Of a DNA stretch of 10,021 bases, positions 7,898 to 10,021 are shown one piece after another. How positions within the stretch are numbered: the first letter of the stretch is position 1; each line of letters starts with the position of its first letter. This stretch comes from Prevotella sp. (GTDB lineage: Bacteria; Bacteroidota; Bacteroidia; Bacteroidales; Dysgonomonadaceae). A model generated the notes under the pieces. The model did not search any database, was not told where the DNA came from, and saw nothing but the letters and a program-made list of their open reading frames with translations. The stretch spans positions 1 to 10,021 of the forward strand of contig JAITVV010000003.1 in assembly GCA_031285625.1 (NCBI GenBank), read 5' to 3'. Both the position numbers and the translations under genes were made by a program.

Positions 7898-8791
7898 AGT
7901 GTAATATCGCTAAATACGTTATAAAAACGCGGCAAATCCTGCTCCCTTATTATCTCGTCATTATAGACCTCTAGCATTTGAATGCTTCTATGACGGCTAT
8001 ATTTAGAAACCGTCAGTAATTCGCCTTTGTAAGACTTTATCAATTTGGTTATAAAAAAATGACGGAAGCCATGGGTACTTCCGTCAATATTTAGATCATT
8101 TAGAACTTTCTTTATTATCTCTCGTATGGATTTAGTTGTTAGCCTGCTACCCGAAGAGAAATTGCTTCCACTTCGGAATAAAGCGCCTTCTCTTATTCTA
8201 TTTGTATGTAGGTATTCTTTTAAGATTTTAATTGTTGCAGGGTGTAAATGTATCAATTCTTTATCGTCTTGTCCTTTTCCGATAATGAAAGCCGTTTTTA
8301 TCTTTCAGGTTAATATCGGTAACGTTCAGCCTTGTTATTTCTACTTGGCGCAGTCCTTGAAAAATAAGCAGTGATAAAATAGACTTTAACCGTAGATTCT
8401 GAATAGTGGGTTCTAACGAAGAACAATAATTTACAATCTTAGAAATATCCTCATCGCAAAGACCATCTTTTTTATGGAGCTTACTTTGTTTAAATCCTCT
8501 TACTTTCGTATTAATCTGAAAAGGGAATTGCTGTAAGTTATTCAGACCGTCAATAAAAATCTTAGCGGAAATCAGATACTTATTTTTTGTAGAAACACTT
8601 AACGTGTCGATAGAACTTAAATAGCGTTTATATTCTAAATAAGTATTGGGATTAATTCCATGTAATTTTACAAAATGGATAAAGTGTTTAATTCGGGTCA
8701 GGTACTCTTTTCGTGTATTTTCTGTAACATCTATACAATCAAAAATACTGTTCTTTAACTGCGAAACATCATTGTAATTTACTAACTCCAT
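7894..8791 (-). pseudogene. Tyrosine recombinase/integrase, frameshifted (real lesion or sequencing error)
   Basis: ORFs 8261-8791 and 7894-8256 join into one 298-aa protein if a single base is removed from the T5 run at 8295-8299, giving ...DINLKDKTAFIIGKGQDDKELIHLHP... All catalytic motifs are present: GLRQVEI (R), GKG (K), HGFRH (HxxR), SRH (H), VYND (Y). Confidence 0.9.
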
Positions 8792-8862
8792 AGTTATAAT
8801 TTAGTGGTTATTTACTAAGTAATTACTTGAAGTTACTAAAAATATCTTATATTTGCAAATAC

Positions 8863-8885
8863 AAACACCTAATTATGAGGTGTTT
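8863..8885. repeat. Perfect 8-bp inverted repeat upstream of the recombinase (operator or recombinase-binding candidate)
   Basis: AAACACCT (8863-8870), 7-nt spacer, AGGTGTTT (8878-8885). Confidence 0.55.
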
Positions 8886-8927
8886 AGCTATTAATCATCT
8901 AAATGTTTAACCTATGTTTACCCACCT

Positions 8928-8968
8928 AAAAAGAAAAAACGCTGTAATCTATTCAATTACAACGTTTT
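8928..8968 (-). terminator. Rho-independent terminator downstream of the tRNA 3'-end copy
   Basis: The minus strand reads AAAACGTTGTAAT-tgaatag-ATTACAGCGTTTT-TTCTTTTT. This is a 13-bp stem whose only mismatch becomes a G-U pair on the minus strand, followed by a U-rich tail, 15 nt after the tRNA end. Confidence 0.75.
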
Positions 8969-8983
8969 ACAATTTCATTTCAG

Positions 8984-9003
8984 TGGTGCCACCAGGAATC
9001 GAA
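8984..9003 (-). mobile_element. att core: duplicated 3' end of tRNA-Phe (T-loop to acceptor end)
   Basis: The minus strand reads TTCGATTCCTGGTGGCACCA, i.e. T-loop, 3' T-stem and 3' acceptor stem, matching the Bacteroidales tRNA-Phe 3' end as I recall it. Upstream sequence (9004 onward) gives no D-arm, anticodon arm or 5' acceptor strand (GGTGCCA), so this is a fragment and not a gene. Confidence 0.85.
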
Positions 9004-9171
9004 TCCTTCAGACAACACCAACTATATCAAGTTTTTATAAACTCATTTATGCAACAGTCCCACCCATTTCAATAGTCCGCTTCACAATGTTCTGCGGGAT
9101 TCTACTTTGTTGGTTCGATTACCGAATGCGAAGATAAGCATTGCTGTTGGATGTTTGATGATTATGAGGGT

Positions 9172-10021
9172 TTATTTTTCTATATGTAAGCGAAGTTTCT
9201 CTATTCCGGCTGCAAATTTCTTGGGATTGCTTGCTTTCAGTTTCAATATGTTTTGTAACTTCCATTTTACTGATGGATGGTCTCTCAAATCACCGGCACA
9301 GCATTTATCCCATTCCGGTTCTCCTGATTCAAAGGATAGTAAAAACTCTTTGTCTGCTTCCGACAACATGTGGTTTATGTCTGAAATCAATTCCAAGCGT
9401 GTGGATTCATAATCTGTGTATGAAAAAGGGATGTCTGTCATTCCTTCAAATTCCTGTTCCAAAGCCTTTTTCTGATCTATCAAATTAGGCTGTAACGATT
9501 CAACAATGGGTTTGTCGCTTCCCAAAAGAGCATAGAACAATCCATCTTTCACCTCTTCAAGCAATTCGAGCGGCATGTACTTACAATCGAAAAGGTCGCG
9601 CGGATGTTGCCGGCTAAGTGCAGCCGATATTTTACCTCCATACAGTTGCGAAAACGAAACAGTCCTTGCACGACAAATCATACTGAATTCTATTTGAGCT
9701 TTGAGGCAAAGTTCTTTATCTTCCGTAGTACCAATAATCCCTCGCTTGGTACCGTTGACTTCTATTTTTACCGTTGCACCATCTTTCAAACATAGTAGTT
9801 TCCAAACATCCGGTTTGTGAGTAATGCGAATACCCGGAATCGTTTTTTCTATCATCTGTTTAAGCTCTATCAGATAGACATTGATTGCCTGTAAACTGTC
9901 ATCTCGCCCTTTGAGGGGAATGTATGTAATATCTATATCGACCGAATAACGAGGCATCTCTTTATAAAACAGATTGATGGCTGTTCCTCCATGTACGGCA
10001 AAGTCAGCTATCCGATATACC
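9172..10021 (-). CDS. abiEii: AbiEii/AbiGii-family nucleotidyltransferase toxin (type IV TA / abortive infection), 5' end outside window
   Basis: The frame stays open upstream of Met 9957 to the window edge: VYRIADFAVHGGTAINLFYKEMPRYSVDID, containing the GGTA...R.S.DID Pol-beta NTase signature. Also KIEVN and GKISAALSRQHPRDLFD (K...R...RDxxD). Confidence 0.92.
   Translation of the reverse strand, partial: VYRIADFAVHGGTAINLFYKEMPRYSVDIDITYIPLKGRDDSLQAINVYLIELKQMIEKTIPGIRITHKPDVWKLLCLKDGATVKIEVNGTKRGIIGTTEDKELCLKAQIEFSMICRARTVSFSQLYGGKISAALSRQHPRDLFDCKYMPLELLEEVKDGLFYALLGSDKPIVESLQPNLIDQKKALEQEFEGMTDIPFSYTDYESTRLELISDINHMLSEADKEFLLSFESGEPEWDKCCAGDLRDHPSVKWKLQNILKLKASNPKKFAAGIEKLRLHIEK

Larger units (their letters stand above)
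1..8983. mobile_element. Low-GC integrated element / genomic island abutting the tRNA-Phe att core (left boundary not visible)
   Basis: A tyrosine recombinase starts ~190 bp from the att core and reads away from it. The region also has a putative Rep, defence-type cargo, no housekeeping genes and very AT-rich composition. No second copy of the att core was seen in the window. Confidence 0.6.

Noticed and set aside
8126-8374. Plus-strand 82-aa ORF
   Set aside because: Antisense to the recombinase catalytic domain, with no independent support.
151-8791. Integron interpretation (co-oriented cargo genes plus tyrosine recombinase)
   Set aside because: The recombinase is convergent with the cargo rather than divergent, no IntI-specific insertion is apparent, and no repeated attC-like hairpins lie between genes.
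8984-9060. Possible complete tRNA gene
   Set aside because: Only the last 20 nt match; no 5' acceptor strand, D-arm or anticodon arm can be folded upstream.
9107-9795. Plus-strand ORFs 9107-9412, 9231-9488 and 9604-9795
   Set aside because: Antisense to the well-supported abiEii gene.
1-10021. CRISPR array, IS element or rRNA
   Set aside because: No regularly spaced repeats, transposase motifs or rRNA-like sequence were seen.

Overview
AT-rich accessory DNA, most likely from a Bacteroidota genome. That call rests on a TAnnTTTG promoter box, D-S-I motifs and a tRNA-Phe 3' end matching the Bacteroidales sequence as I recall it. The window appears to span the junction of two tandem integrated elements, separated by a 20-bp copy of the tRNA-Phe 3' end (att core, 8984-9003, minus strand). 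The left element carries, on the + strand: a DUF4352-like membrane protein, a secreted hypothetical protein, a divergent AAG/MPG-like DNA glycosylase, a putative Rep_trans/phage gII-like replication initiator, and a four-gene cassette. The cassette encodes an unknown protein with two C-terminal TM helices, a standalone GNAT, a PIN-GNAT-PUA(EVE/ASCH-like) fusion and an ASCH protein; it is the best candidate for an uncharacterised defence system. On the - strand the left element carries a tyrosine recombinase broken by a single-base frameshift, translationally coupled to a caspase/CHAT-like (DUF6642-like) protein. The right element is more GC-rich and contributes an AbiEii nucleotidyltransferase toxin gene that runs off the window edge. 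All family calls come from reading motifs by eye; no database searches were run.
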